A stretch of DNA of 64,000 nt from Eledone cirrhosa (GCA_964016885.1 OZ024750.1:14756001-14820000); one strand, 5' to 3'; shown: positions 12,834-27,581, numbered from the stretch's first letter. Numbers and translations: made by a program. The notes: generated from the sequence alone by a model not told the origin.

Positions 12834-13729
12834 AAACATGTACAGACCACCTATACACTATAGAAAAACAAAATGGAGTAAATTAAACAAGATCAAAACA
12901 AAGAAAAGACACTGAGATGCCGTATGTCACTACGGCATCTCTATGGCGCCTCTACGACTCCCTCAAGAGTAACAGGTCCAGGATAAGCCATTATAAATGT
13001 ATAGTAAGATTTAAAAAAGTATTATCAGGAATTTAATAGTAGTAATTAAGACTGATTCTTTCTTTATACCTAATAACCAAACCCAATTAAATCATAGTTT
13101 GTTTTCATTAAGGACTAATTATTTAAGTAATAGTTTCATTTCAATTAACTTTAACTCTTACAGTTTTAATTAAAGTTAGTAATAATTTGTTCATTATCAA
13201 CCATATTCTTTGCATTCCACTTGCCACAAATAGATTTTTCTAATTCTTTATTTTATTAGTTTTACAAAAGAAAAATTATTGATGATGGCATAGTGAATAA
13301 ATTGTTGATTAAATGTCTACATTCTCTCTCATACCTTCTCCCAACATATACATAAACATACACAACAGCACATATATAAGATGATCTTATATATAATGCA
13401 TGTGTACAATGACTTTTCCTTTGGGAACATATTATGAAATACATGTAGATCATCACCATCACCATTATAATCAACACTGTCACCACCAACACCATCACAA
13501 TCACCAACACAATCAACATTATCATCACCAACACCATCATCATCATAAACAACATCGTCACCAACAACACCAACACCATCACCATCACCATCAACACCAC
13601 CAACACCAACAACAACAACAACACCAACACCATCACCATCATAATCAACATCGTCATCATTGGTTTTATTTTCAGGTTTCAACCAATGATATATTCAACT
13701 TGATGTATATTACAGAAGGAAAGAGGAGA

Positions 13730-15070
13730 TAGAGGAAAATTGGGAGTTTCTCTGAGTCAACCTGCTGGAGGCTACAGATCAGATTTGCAGCTGGTACAAG
13801 GTCCCAGCAAGACACCAAATGACATGGTGGTGGAATGGTAATGTTGATAGAGTTATAAAAACTAAGAGACAGGCTTTGAAAGACTGGAAGAATGAAAGAA
13901 ACAGAGGGCAATAGCAAGTAGGTGCAAGATATATTTAGCTAGGAGAGAAGCAGAAAATAAGAAATTTACATATGTTATATGACATTAGAATCAGAGGTGT
14001 GAGGTGATCTGGATTGCAAGATATTACGCTAGAAAAAATTGAGATGTTGTTGAGGAAAACTGTGTTTAGAATGATAGTACCATACTTGCCTATACTGGGG
14101 CTGAAAAAAAAAGAAGCAGAGAAGATTGTTGAATGAGGAGAATAAAATGGAGAAGGCCTGCTCCAATCTGATCCAAATGAGGGATCAGTTATCAAAATAG
14201 GGTAGATAATAGACTATAGTAGGGTAGATAATATACTATAGTATGGTAGATAAAGCAATTAACAATATAAAAGTAGGAAAGGAAAATGGACATTCAGATA
14301 TAGTTGCCAAAATGCTAAAAATATTCAGCATGTTAGTTTATGCACAAGTCATGTACATAATCAATCAAGTAACATAGATGGCTGCCATACCGAAAGACTG
14401 GCATAGCAATATCATTGTCAGCTGCTACAAAGATGCAGTAAAATGAGATTACTACAGGGGCATCAAGTTGATGGAGGAGGTCATGAATGTTACTGAAAGG
14501 GTTATAGTAATTAAATTGAGATACAATTCAGATATGTGTCAGGAAGAGATATTCTGATGTCCTCTTCTTCATGAGGTAACTGCAAAAGAAGTACTCTGCT
14601 AAGTATAAGCCTCCACTGCTAGTATTTGTTGACCAAGGGAAAGCCTTTGACAGAGTCTCACACTCTGTAATCTGGTGGTCACTAAGGAAATTAGGTGTAC
14701 TCAAATACCTTGTGAGAGTTAAACCATACACAGAGATGCAACTAGCAAAGTTATAATTGGCAATGGATACAGTGAAAAATTTAGTGTGCAGGTAGGAGTC
14801 CACCAGAGTTCTATCCTCATCCTTCTTCAGTTTATTATTTATTGTCCTTTAGGCCATAACAGAAAAGTTTAAGACTGGTTGTTCATGAGAATTTCTACTT
14901 GCCGATGAACTAGTCCTTATAACTAAGTTTGTAGCAGATTGAAAGGTAAAAATCTAGACATGAAAGCAAAACATGGAATCAAAAGGCCTGAAAATAAACT
15001 TAGCAAAGACTGAAGATCAAACTCTAATATCACAAATGAAATGACATTACTCAATATACTGATTATGATG
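13730..15070 (+). pseudogene. Decayed RTE-clade LINE reverse transcriptase
   Basis: RT motifs in order: YYRGIKLMEEVMNVTERVI (~14450), VFVD.GKAFDRV (~14625), VGVHQSSILI (~14790, cf. GVHQGSVLSP), LLADELV (~14895, cf. LYADDLV); many stops and frameshifts. Confidence 0.88.
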
Positions 15071-16569
15071 TGGCAGAAATTCAATACAGGGCATCCATAA
15101 TGTATGCTGGTTTGTGACAGGAAAGGCATCCAGCTATAGAAAACTGACCAAATAAAGGGTTGGGAGAACCCTTCAGTTGTGTCAAAGATGTGACAGCTTC
15201 TGTGCACTCAGTAGAATGTGAAACCATACATAAGCGAGATGCAGAGCTCTGGGTTGTCTGGAAGGTCAGTAGCCCCACTTTAGTATTGACTTGATCTATG
15301 TAGATCCATCCAACCCTTGCTAGCAAGGAAAGCAGACATTAAAATGATGATGATGATGATTACCCCTCTTCCCTTTTGAGAGGGGAAAATCCCTAATTTG
15401 GGGCATGAAGTGTTGGTACTCATATGTCCACTTCTAACCTTGTCACTTCAGCCACAAACCTGGGCTCCACTGCCCACAGCCTTATATGAAAGGTATGTAT
15501 GAATGGTTAGTAATAATATTATGACTATAGTTAGTAATAATAGTAAAAACATGAAAGGTATGTATGACTGGTTAGTAATAATATTATGACTGTAGTTAGT
15601 AATAATATTAGTAAAAACATGAAAGGTATGTATGTCTGTGGTTAGTAATAATATTATAGCTGTAGTTAGTAATAATTGTTTCTACTTTAGGCACAAGGCC
15701 AGCAATTTGAAGATGTGGGGAAAGTCGATTAAATCGACCCCAGAGCATTACTGGTGCTTTATTTTATCAACCCTATAAGGATGAAATGCAAAGCTAACCT
15801 CGGCGGGATTTGAACTCAGAACGCAAAAGGCTTTAACTCTATGCTGCAAAGCATGTTGTCCGACACTCTACCGATTCTGTCAATCCACTGTATATAGTAA
15901 TAATTGTTTCTACTTTTGGCACAAGGCCAGCAATCACCTAGTGCATTACTGGTACTTTATTTTATCGACCCCATAAGGATGAAAGGCAAAGTTAACCTCG
16001 GCGGGATTTGAACTGAGAATGGCAAGGGCCGTAACTCTATGCGTCAAAGCATGGCGTCCGACACTCTACCGATACTGCCAATAGTAATAATTGTTTCTAC
16101 TTTTGGCACAAGGTCAGCAATTATCCCAGTGCATTACTGGTACTTTATTTTAACGACCCCGTAAGGATGAAAAAATATATATTTAGGAAGGAATTGTTTT
16201 AACGAAATGCTTGTGGCTGAGATATGTCACTATGCCAAAGAGAATAAAACAGATAATGAGATAGTATATAACAGAATTTTATACTGAATACAAAGGTCAG
16301 TAGCAGAACTAATAGTTGATTTGGTCATGTTTCAATAGACACTACATACACCCACTTAACTTTAGTTAAAACTTATCTAAAGGTCTAGGGAACATTAATC
16401 TTTTCTCATCCAGACAAACTATGCCTCATGTGTGGGTGGTGAGGGTGGATAAATAGAGGTGGTGGTGTGTATAGAGGGTAGATAGAAGGGAGTGATTTAG
16501 CAAGACAGGGTGGTGTGTATAGAAAGTAAATAGAGAGGGGAGTAATTTAGCAAGATGGGGCGGTGGTGT

Positions 16570-17170
16570 ATAGAGGGTAAATAGAGGGGGGAGATGGACA
16601 GGAGTGATTTAGCAAGACAGGGTGGTGTATATAGAAGGTAAATAGAGAGGGGAGATGGACAGGAGTGGTTTAGCAAGACAGGGTGGTGTATATAGAAGGT
16701 AAATAGAGAGGGGAGATGGACAGGAGTGGTTTAGCAAGACAGGGTGGTGTATATAGAAGGTAAATAGAGAGGGGAGATGGACAGGAGTGGTTTAGCAAGA
16801 CAGGGTGGTGTATATAGAAGGTAAATAGAGAGGGGAGATGGACAGGAGTGGTTTAGCAAGACAGGGTGGTGTATATAGAGGGTAAATAGAGAGGGGAGAT
16901 GGACAGGAGTGGTTTAGCAAGACAGGGTGGTGTATAGAGGGTAAATAGAGAGGGGAGATGGGCAGGAGTGGTTTAGCAAGACAGCGTGGTATATATAGAG
17001 GGTAAATAGAGGGGGGAGATGGACAGGAGTGGTTTAGCAAGACAGGGTGGTGTATATAGAGGGTAAATAGAGAGGGGAGATGGGCAGGAGTGATTTAGCA
17101 AGACAGGGTGGTGTATATAGAGGGTAAATAGAGAGGGGAGATAGAGGTATGGTGTGGTTTAGCAAGATGG
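16570..17170. repeat. 61-bp purine-rich minisatellite (~10 copies)
   Basis: Unit GATGGACAGGAGTGGTTTAGCAAGACAGGGTGGTGTATATAGAAGGTAAATAGAGAGGGGA with a period of 61. Confidence 0.95.
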
Positions 17171-18426
17171 GGTGGCACTGTTATGGATCTATAGTGAGGA
17201 AAAGAGGATATAGAGAGGAGTTAGATATAGGATGGGATAGATAGGAGTGGATGTATATAGAAAAGGCTGAGTATGTCTGTGTGTTTGTCTATGTATATGT
17301 GTGTGTATGTATCTATGTGTAAGGGTGTGTCTGTGTGTGTGAGCATGTACCTATGTATGTGAATGTGTCTGTGTTTGTATGAGTGTGTGTGAGAGAGAGA
17401 GAGAGGGAGAGAGAGAGAGAGAGATGATATGTGTAGATGGAATGATAGATATTACAAATTAGGAACTGTTTAGAAAATTACATGAAAATATCTCGGGCAT
17501 GTATAGAGAGTGTGTGTATGTATCTATGTATGTGTGTGCATTTGTTTGTGTGTGCATGTGTATATCTACGTATGTGTGTGTGTATGTATCAATGCATGTA
17601 TGTGTGTATCTATGTATATTTGTGTGTATGTATCTATGTATGTTTGTGAGTTTCTCTCTGTGTGTATGTGTATTATATATGTGTGTGCATTTGTATGTGT
17701 GTGTGTGTATGTATCAATACATGTGTGCATGTATCTATGTATGTGTGTGTTTGTGTCTATGTATATTTGTGTGTGTGTATGTATCTATGTATATTTGTGT
17801 GTGTGTTTCTGTGTGTGTATGTATCTATGTATATTTGTGTGTTTGTGTGTTTGTGTGTGCAGGGGGGAGAATATTCAGTGAAAAGAGATTATTTTTTTTT
17901 TACTCCTACCCCTATAGGTATGTAGATGTATGTAATCTTGTCCATCAGCAGGACTGGCTTAACCATTAAGCAAAATAAGCCCAATCTAAGGACTTCAAGG
18001 GATTGAGGAAGACCACAGAGATTTTCCGTTGTTAATTTAGTATGGACTACAGCTGAGTACAGCTGAACCAAGGTCCACAAAAAGGAAGTCAACAACAAAT
18101 GAACAAAAATATTAAGATAAAACTTTCCTGATGATTTCATACAAATTAAAAAGTTCTAGTCCAATAGAAGTCATTTCTATATGAAATAAAGATGCCTATA
18201 CTCTACTAATGTATTGAGTACTTTATTTAACTGTAGTCACCTGCTTATACTCATTGAGAATTCACCCATAATTATATATATAAGGATGAAAGCAGCGATT
18301 CTTTGCTTAAACTTTAATCTGTTCTTTTTATAAATATTTGCTCTACAGGTTTATATATATATTTATATATATAATCCTTATTGAGCCCACTTCGGATTTT
18401 AGTTTTCACATTTATTATTACTATTA

Positions 18427-18490
<64 letters not shown>

Positions 18491-18654
18491 AATTAAATGT
18501 TAGAGAAAACAATACCAAATTTAATTTCTATATCATTGCTCTGCTTATACAATTTTTTGCTTGACATTATTTCTGTTGCTTACTCACATTGTTCGCTTGT
18601 CTGGCATCTAATACACATTGAGCACACTGTCCCATAATTTTGATATATATCATC

Positions 18655-18995
18655 ATTCATCATCATTTCATTTTACGTCCACTTTTCCTGCTTGCAAGGG
18701 TGGGACGGGAACTGATTCTGGCTAGATTTCTACAGCTGGATGCCCTTCCTAACACCAACCTCATTTACAGTGAGTACTGGGTGCTTTTTTGCCGTGGCAC
18801 CTCCACGACCACTTTGCAGTGGAATGATAGGGACCCCAGTCCCTATCATCTCATTTCTACAGCTGAGTAAACTGGAGCAATGTGAAATAAAGTGTCTTGC
18901 TCAAGGAAACAACACATCACCCGGTCTGAGAATTGAGCTCACAACCTTTTGATTGCAAGGCCAATGCTCTAACCACTAAGCCATGTGCCTCCACG
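18655..18995 (-). mobile_element. Full-length composite SINE (tRNA head + central core + GGAAGGGCATCC V-like box + RTE-like (GAT)n tail)
   Basis: Near-identical copies at 21765-22095 and 41750-42095; minus-strand head GTGGAGGCACATGGCTTAGTGGTTAGAGC, tail ...GGACGTAAAATGA(TGA)n. Confidence 0.85.
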
Positions 18996-19152
18996 TTATA
19001 TATATATACTGTCTAACCCATGCTAGCATGGAAGATGAACATTACACGATGATGATGATGACATATTTATATATATACATACATATATATATAGGAAAGT
19101 GAAAAACAACAACAACACAGGAGTACAAGTTACAAAAGGTATTAGGTTCATG

Positions 19153-19186
<34 letters not shown>

Positions 19187-20361
19187 TAAATCATGTCTTT
19201 AGAATTATTAGATAAAATATATACCGTTTCTTCTTCCAATTAATATATATATATATTCATTTATATTAAAGCTAATCAACCAAGCAACTCCACAACATCA
19301 TTGGATCTCTCAATAGGGTGAACCACCAGTGATGACAAGAACTTCATGGGCAGATTATTTTGAACATTTTTAGTAAACCAATATATGCATAGAAACATCA
19401 CTGATGATGTCACAGATAGATGTGACAAAAGAGCTCTGAGAAACAATATTTATATTTATATTTTTAACTGTTGGTCAATCAATGATAAACATTGATTGCC
19501 AGCTGAATTATTTATAGAAATATAGCAATATAAAGACATCCATTTTTAATATGGTGCTGTTTTGCACTTTTCAAGAATATCTTGCTTATGTGGTTTCATG
19601 CAGTACAGGATGTTAAGAGTTAAGTAGCATAACTAAATATTACAAGATATTTTAGTCTTACATGCTACTGTTTTAACCATTCAACACCTTAATAAAAGCA
19701 AATAATAATAATAATTGTTTCTACTTTTGGCACAAGGTCAGCAAATACCCAGTACATTACTGGTACTTTATTTTTTATCGACCCCGTAAGGATGAAAGGC
19801 AAAGTTAACCTCGGCGGGAATAATAATGATAATAATTATTTCTACTTTAGGCACAAGGCGAGCAATTTTTGGGGGAGGGGAAAGTCGATAAAATCGACCC
19901 CAGTGCGTGACTGGTACTTTATTTTATCGACCCCGTAAGGATGAAAGGCAAAGTTAACCTCGGCGGGATTTGAACTCAGAATGGCAAGGGCCATAACTTT
20001 ATGCTGCAAAGCATGGTGTCCGACCCTCTACCGATACTGCCGATCCCCCTAATAATAATAATAATGTGTTAGGCTATTGATGGTGTACTGAACTTGTAAC
20101 TGAAATGTTGGTGATTATATCCTGTCACCAACACTGAAATGTGGTCCAAATTACTATACTTAAATGGCCTACTTCGTTATAAAAAACAACGTGAGCATTG
20201 TAAAATTAACAAATACTTCATTAACTTATCTTCCTGTGATTATAATTTGGAGCAGAATGTATTCTAGATACACCGTGTAAAGATAACATCTGCCAGGTTT
20301 ATAGGGTTGTGGGGTTAAGTGAAAATAGAAACATTTCTAAACAAAACAAAACATATAGGAA

Positions 20362-20760
20362 TAGCCACTGTTTAGTGAAATTCTATGATGACCCCTAAAC
20401 TAACCCTATAGAAATAGTCAGTAATTAGTGAAATTCTATGATGAACCCTAAATTAATCCTATAGAAATAGCTGGTGTTCAATGAAATTCTATTTTGAGCC
20501 CTAAACTAATGATATAGAAATAGTTGGTGTTTAGTGAAATTTTATGATGAGCCCTAAACTAGTTATATTGAAATAGCCAATGTTTAATGAAATTCTATGT
20601 TGAGCCCTAAACTAATCCTATAGAAATAATCAGTATTCAGTGAAATTCTATGTTGAGCCCTAAACTAATCCTATAAAAATAGCCTGTGCTTAATGAAATT
20701 CTATGTTGGGCCCTAAACTAATCCTATAAAAATAGTCAATGTTCAGTGAAATTCTATGAT
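20362..20760. repeat. 53-bp diverged minisatellite (~7.5 copies)
   Basis: GTGAAATTCTATG.TGAGCCCTAAACTAATCCTATAGAAATAG recurs at 20375, 20428, 20481 and onward. Confidence 0.9.
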
Positions 20761-22696
20761 GACAATGATGATGATACTCTCTGTTGCATATTTTTTATAT
20801 CATTGCACAACTGAGTAAAGAATTCCTGTTGATATTTTTTATCATTTCACCACCTTCCACAGTTTTCTCTTCCAACAAACAACAACAAAATAAGATCAAC
20901 CACTACCGCGAAAAACAAGATTGTCAGCAGCACAACTAACAATAAAAATAGTAGTTGATAAAAACACTAGCATTGAAATTATGAACCACAAAAAAAAAAA
21001 AAGGAAATGTTAATAGGAATAACAGAATCTTATTAAGGAAAACTAATCATTAGAAAAAAAAGGTAGGGAGGGTAGGGAAAGAAAGAAAGAAAGAAGTAAA
21101 TAAGAAAAGAAATCAAACAAAAATCATGATAAAGAGAAATAAATAGCAGTTTTATAGTACTAATGTTGCCAATTTGAAGCCAGCAGTGTAGCAATGTGTT
21201 CAACAATTAAATATTTAGAATGACTATTATATATATTTTAATATATTGCAATTGTAAGGGCAGTAGATTGGCAGTATTGGTAGAGCGTCAGACAACGTTT
21301 TATGGCATAGAGTAATGTCCCTTTATGATCTAAGTTCAAATCCTGCCGAGGTTAACTTTGCCTTTCATCTTTACAGGGGTCGATAAAATAAGGTACCAGT
21401 AATGCATTGGGTTCAGTTTAATCGACTTTCCCACTCCCACAAAATTGTGGACCTTGTGTCTAAATCAGAAACCAATATATTGCAATTGTAAAAAGCAATG
21501 TTTCACATCACTTCTGGCAGTCTGACTGTGAGAATGATGATGGAGGGAGTGTCTTCTTAACTTGGTGCAGAACAAATATCACAAGGTACTTCATTTGAAA
21601 CGTTTCCAAGTTTTTCAGTTTTCTCACCAACATCCTTTGTTAATTAATGTACACCTGCACAAGACACAAACACATACACACACATCATCATCATCATCAT
21701 CATCATTTTACGTCTATCTTCCACGCTAGCATGGGTTAGACATATACATATAGACATCATCATCATCATCATCATCATCATTTTATGTCCGCTTTTCCCT
21801 GCTTGCAAGGGTGGGACGGGAACTGATTCTGGCTTGATTTCTACAGCTGGATGCCCTTCCTAACACCAACCTCATTTACAGTGAGTGCTGGGTGCTTTTT
21901 TGCCGTGGCACCTCCACGACCACTTTGCAGTGGAATGATAGGGACCCCAGTCCCTATCATCTCATTTCTACAGCTGAGTAAACTGGAGCAATGTGAAATA
22001 AAGTGTCTTGCTCAAGGAAACAACACATCACCCGGTCTGAGAATTGAACTCACAACCTTTCGATTGCAAGCCCAATGCTCTAACCACTAAGCCATACACA
22101 CACACTTAGATATATACCCACACACACATACATACACACATATACACACACACATACACATTCACACCCAGATATACACACACACACACACATGAACACA
22201 TACACACACAGATACACACACCTGCAAAAGACATACACACACACACATACACATAGATTCACACCCATGCATACACACACACATAAACATAGACTCTCAC
22301 AGATTCACACACTGATACATACACAGATACACACATGTGTACTTGTGCACACCCACATATATACATTTACACACAAATACACACATACACGCATAGACAC
22401 ACACAAACATATACACACACATGTATACACACACGCACACACACACACACACACACACAGTGTCTTCTCTGGTTCTATTATTCCTGTCAGTACCATACCA
22501 TCAGTCTGTTTGCCTGAAAGAGAAAGCGTAGTGGTGGGGGGGGGGGGCATAGAGAGAAAGAAAGAGAGGGGGAGAAATGGGGTGGGGGGTAGAGAGAGAG
22601 CGGGGATGAGAGGGGGAGAGATAGAAACAGAGAGAGGGTGGTAGATAGATAGAAACAGAGAGAGGACATTAGAGAAATAGAAAGAGGGACTAAGGG

Positions 22697-22756
<60 letters not shown>

Positions 22757-23199
22757 GAGAAGAGAGGGAGAGAAGGGGAGAGTGCAGAAAGCGAGAGGGA
22801 GAGTAAGTGAGAGGGGGAGGAATAAGAGAGAGGGAGCAAGAGAGAGAGAGAGTGCAGAAAGCAAGAGGGAGAGTAAGTGAGAGGGGGAAGTAAGAGAGAG
22901 GGAGCAAGAGAGAGAGAGTGGGGGGAGCAGAAAGCAAGAGGGAGAGTAAATGGGAGGGGGAGACACGGGGGAGGGGATGAAAGAGAGGTCGGGGGTGGAG
23001 GGTAAAGATGAACCTCATTACTGGAGAGGACTGAAGTGGTAATGTTGCTTTATAGTACTTTATAGTGTAAATCTTGTTAATTATAGTAATCAGGAGTTTA
23101 TGAAAAATGATTAAGGAAATAAGTTGAGAAGAGGGTAGATAGTTTCTAGAGGGTAGATGACTAGAGGAACGTGGGGAAGGGGGTAGCTGTGATTATATG

Positions 23200-25880
23200 G
23201 ACTTCTAGAGATGTATAGAGAGATGTGAGTGGGGTAGATAGATAAATATATCAGGACTTCTAGAGATGTATAGAGAGATGTGAGTGGGGTAGATATATAT
23301 AGAGACTTCTAGAGATGTATAGAGAGATGTGAGTGGGGTAGATAAATATCAGGACTTCTAGAGATGTATAGAGAGATATGAGTGGGGTAGATAAATATCA
23401 GGACTTCTAGAGATGTATAGAGAGATGTGAGTGGGGTAGATAAATATCGGGACTTCTAGAGATGTATAGAGAGATGTGAGTGGGGTAGATAAATATCGGG
23501 ACTTCTAGAGATGTATAGAGAGATGTGAGTGGGGTAGATAAATATCGGGACTTCTAGAGATGTATAGAGAGATATGAGTGGGGTAGATAAATATTGAGAC
23601 TTCTAGAGATGTATAGAGAGATGTGAGTGGGGTAGATAAATATTGAGACTTCTAGAGATGTATAGAGAGATGTGAGTGGGGTAGATAAATATCGGGACTT
23701 CTAGAGATGTATAGAGAGATATGAGTGGGGTAGATAAATATCGGGACTTCTAGAGATGTATAGAGAGATGTGAGTGGGGTAGATAAATATCGGGACTTCT
23801 AGAGATGTATAGAGAGATGTGAGTGGGGTAGATAAATATCGGGACTTCTAGAGATGTATAGAGAGATGTGAGTGGGGTAGATAAATATCGGGACTTCTAG
23901 AGATGTATAGAGAGATGTGAGTGGGGTAGATAAATATCGGGACTTCTAGAGATGTATAGAGAGATGTGAGTGGGGTAGATAAATATCGGGACTTCTAGAG
24001 ATGTATAGAGAGATATGAGTGGGGTAGATAAATATTGAGACTTCTAGAGATGTATAGAGAGATGTGAGTGGGGTAGATAAATATTGAGACTTCTAGAGAT
24101 GTATAGAGAGATGTGAGTGGGGTAGATAAATATCGGGACTTCTAGAGATGTATAGAGAGATATGAGTGGGGTAGATAAATATCGGGACTTCTAGAGATGT
24201 ATAGAGAGATGTGAGTGGGGTAGATAAATATCGGGACTTCTAGAGATGTATAGAGAGATGTGAGTGGGGTAGATAAATATCGGGACTTCTAGAGATGTAT
24301 AGAGAGATGTGAGTGGGGTAGATAAATATCGGGACTTCTAGAGATGTATAGAGAGATGTGAGTGGGGTAGATAAATATCGGGACTTCTAGAGATGTATAG
24401 AGAGATGTGAGTGGGGTAGATAAATATCGGGACTTCTAGAGATGTATAGAGAGATATGAGTGGGGTAGATAAATATTGAGACTTCTAGAGATGTATAGAG
24501 AGATGTGAGTGGGGTAGATAAATATTGAGACTTCTAGAGATGTATAGAGAGATGTGAGTGGGGTAGATAAATATCGGGACTTCTAGAGATGTATAGAGAG
24601 ATGTGAGTGGGGTAGATAAATATCGGGACTTCTAGAGATGTATAGAGAGATGTGAGTGGGGTAGATAAATATAGAGACTTCTAGAGATGTATAGAGAGAT
24701 GTGAGTGGGGTAGATAAATATAGAGACTTCTAGAGATGTATAGAGAGATGTGAGTGGGGTAGATAAATATTGAGACTTCTAGAGATGTATAGAGAGATAT
24801 GAGTGGGGTAGATAAATATCAGGACTTCTAGAGATGTATAGAGAGATGTGAGTGGGGTAGATAAATATCGGGACTTCTAGAGATGTATAGAGAGATGTGA
24901 GTGGGGTAGATAAATATTGAGACTTCTAGAGATGTATAGAGAGATGTGAGTGGGGTAGATAAATATCGGGACTTCTAGAGATGTATAGAGAGATGTGAGT
25001 GGGGTAGATAAATATCGGGACTTCTAGAGATGTATAGAGAGATATGAGTGGGGTAGATAAATATCAGGACTTCTAGAGATGTATAGAGAGATGTGAGTGG
25101 GGTAGATAAATATCGGGACATCTAGAGATGTATAGAGAGATATGAGTGGGGTAGATAAATATCAGGACTTCTAGAGATGTATAGAGAGATATGAGTGGGG
25201 TAGATAAATATCGGGACATCTAGAGATGTATAGAGAGATGTGAGTGGGGTAGATAAATATCGGGACTTCTAGAGATGTATAGAGAGATGTGAGTGGGGTA
25301 GATAAATATCAGGACTTCTAGAGATGTATAGAGAGATGTGAGTGGGGTAGATAAATATCGGGACTTCTAGAGATGTATAGAGAGATGTGAGTGGGGTAGA
25401 TAAATATTGAGACTTCTAGAGATGTATAGAGAGATGTGAGTGGGGTAGATAAATATCGGGACTTCTAGAGATGTATAGAGAGATGTGAGTGGGGTAGATA
25501 AATATCGGGACTTCTAGAGATGTATAGAGAGATGTGAGTGGGGTAGATAAATATCGGGACTTCTAGAGATGTATAGAGAGATGTGAGTGGGGTAGATAAA
25601 TATAGAGACTTCTAGAGATGTATAGAGAGATATGAGTGGGGTAGATAAATATCAGGACTTCTAGAGATGTATAGAGAGATGTGAGTGGGGTAGATAAATA
25701 TCGGGACTTCTAGAGATGTATAGAGAGATGTGAGTGGGGTAGATAAATATTGAGACTTCTAGAGATGTATAGAGAGATGTGAGTGGGGTAGATAAATATA
25801 GAGACTTCTAGAGATGTATAGAGAGATATGAGTGGGGTAGATAAATATCGGGACATCTAGAGATGTATAGAGAGATGTGA
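23200..25880. repeat. 49-bp satellite array (~55 copies), with a diverged tail to ~26635
   Basis: Unit GACTTCTAGAGATGTATAGAGAGATGTGAGTGGGGTAGATAAATATCGG; variant ends ATCGG/ATTGA/ATCAG/ATAGA; one TCTAGA site per unit. Confidence 0.98.
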
Positions 25881-26845
25881 TGAAAGGAGGGTAGCTGAAT
25901 AGCTGGACTTCCAGAGGTGTCTAGAGAGATGTGAGTTGGCTAGATAAATATCTGGACTTCTAGAGATGTGATGAGGTGGGTAGCTGAGTATCTGGATTTC
26001 TAGAGATGTCTAAGGAGATATGAGTGGGGTAGATAAATATTTGGGCTTCTAGAGATGTCTTGGGAGATGTGGTGAGGAGGGTAGCTGACTATCTGGACTT
26101 CTAGAGATGTCTAGAGAGACATGAGGGAGGGGTAGATAAATATATGGACTTCTAGAGATGTAATTAGTGGGATAGCTGAGTATCTGGACTTCTAGAGATG
26201 TGAGTGGGGTAGATAAATATCTGGGCTTCTAGAGATATCTTGAGAGACATGAATATCTGGACTTCTAGAGATGTTTAGAAAGACACTGGTGATGTATTGA
26301 AAGATGTGAGGAGGGGGTAGCTAAATATTTGGACTTCTAGAGATGTCTAGAAAGTGGTGGTGGCAGAGGGGAGGTAGATACATATCTGGACTTCTAGAGA
26401 TGTCTAGAAAGATATGAGGAGGGGGTGGTAGATAAATATCTGGACTTCTAGAGATGTCTAGAAATACACGAGGATGGTTGGTAGATAAATATCTGGACTT
26501 CTAGAGATGTCTAGAAAGATATGAGGGAGGGGTGGTAGATAAATATCTGGACTTCTAGAGATGTCTAGAAATACATGAGGATGGGTGGTAGATAAATATC
26601 TGGACTTCTAGAGATGTATTGAGAGATATGAGGAAAGGTTTGGGGTGACACCTACTGCAGCAATTCAGTCAGGTCAGGTCAGCAACAACAACACATCATG
26701 CTGGCTGTTTGAGAGGTAATGGGTTAAGTAGAGAAGGGAGGAGGAGGAGGAGGAGGAGGAGGAGGAGGAGGAGGAGGAAAGATATGTTAAGCGTTTTATA
26801 TAAATGCTGAATAGTAGTAATGAGAGTGAGTTAAGTGTTAGACAG

Positions 26846-27520
26846 TTAATCCTTTCATGACTGTATTTCTAATGAAATACACTCTATTTTGATTAATTAA
26901 TTGTTTCTACTTTAGGCACAAGGCCAGCAATTACCCAGTACATTACTGGTACTTTATTTTATCGACCCCCGTAAGGATGAAAGGCAAAGTTAACCTCGGC
27001 GGGATTTGAACTCAGACTGTAAAGGGACGTAACTATGCTAGAAAACATGGCATCCAACCCTCTACCGATACTGCCAATTCACCGTCTATTTTGATTAATT
27101 AATGAAGAATTTTGTGGGATTTACTAAAATTATTAATTATTTCATTAGTAAGATAGTAATTTAATATAAGGTTCTTATATAAAATTATGTTGGAAGATTT
27201 TAATTTAAATTGGGAACCTTTAACGCTTTGGCATTTAAACCGGCCGTATCCGGCCAGAATTCTCTCACCTCTTTCTGTTCAAACCGGCTGTAACTGGCCA
27301 CTCATACTGATATTAAGGTATTGTTCTCAAAATAAATAATATCAAAATCTCATAGATTCAATATTATGTGAGATAATTATGTGAAGTAAAGCCTTTACCA
27401 TGAACATACAATAGTAAATATAGAGTAATGTGAATGCTAAAGGGTTAAACCTTTAAAATGGGTGGTTTTATTTCATAGAGCGAGAGCTGGTTTTGGCCGG
27501 GTTGCTAACTAAAGGGTTAA
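26846..27520. mobile_element. TTAA-flanked MITE 'B' containing a nested SINE and a nested MITE 'A'
   Basis: Ends TTAA-TCCTTTCATGACTGTATTTC and CTAAAGGG-TTAA; SINE 26897-27085 with TSD CTATTTTGATTAATTAA; MITE A at 27220-27448. Confidence 0.75.
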
Positions 27521-27541
27521 AGCTAGAAGTTGTGTACACGA

Positions 27542-27581
<40 letters not shown>

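Noticed and set aside
13262-13732. His/Gln-rich and Val/Met-rich ORFs (also 9196-9750, 33390-34407, 17499-17969)
   Set aside because: Translations of (CAT/CAC)n and (CA/TA)n microsatellites.
21490-21660. Possible minus-strand terminal exon (TGCAG acceptor, then CTLINKGCW*)
   Set aside because: Unique-looking sequence, but no recognisable homology and no partner exons found; cannot be supported without RNA-seq.
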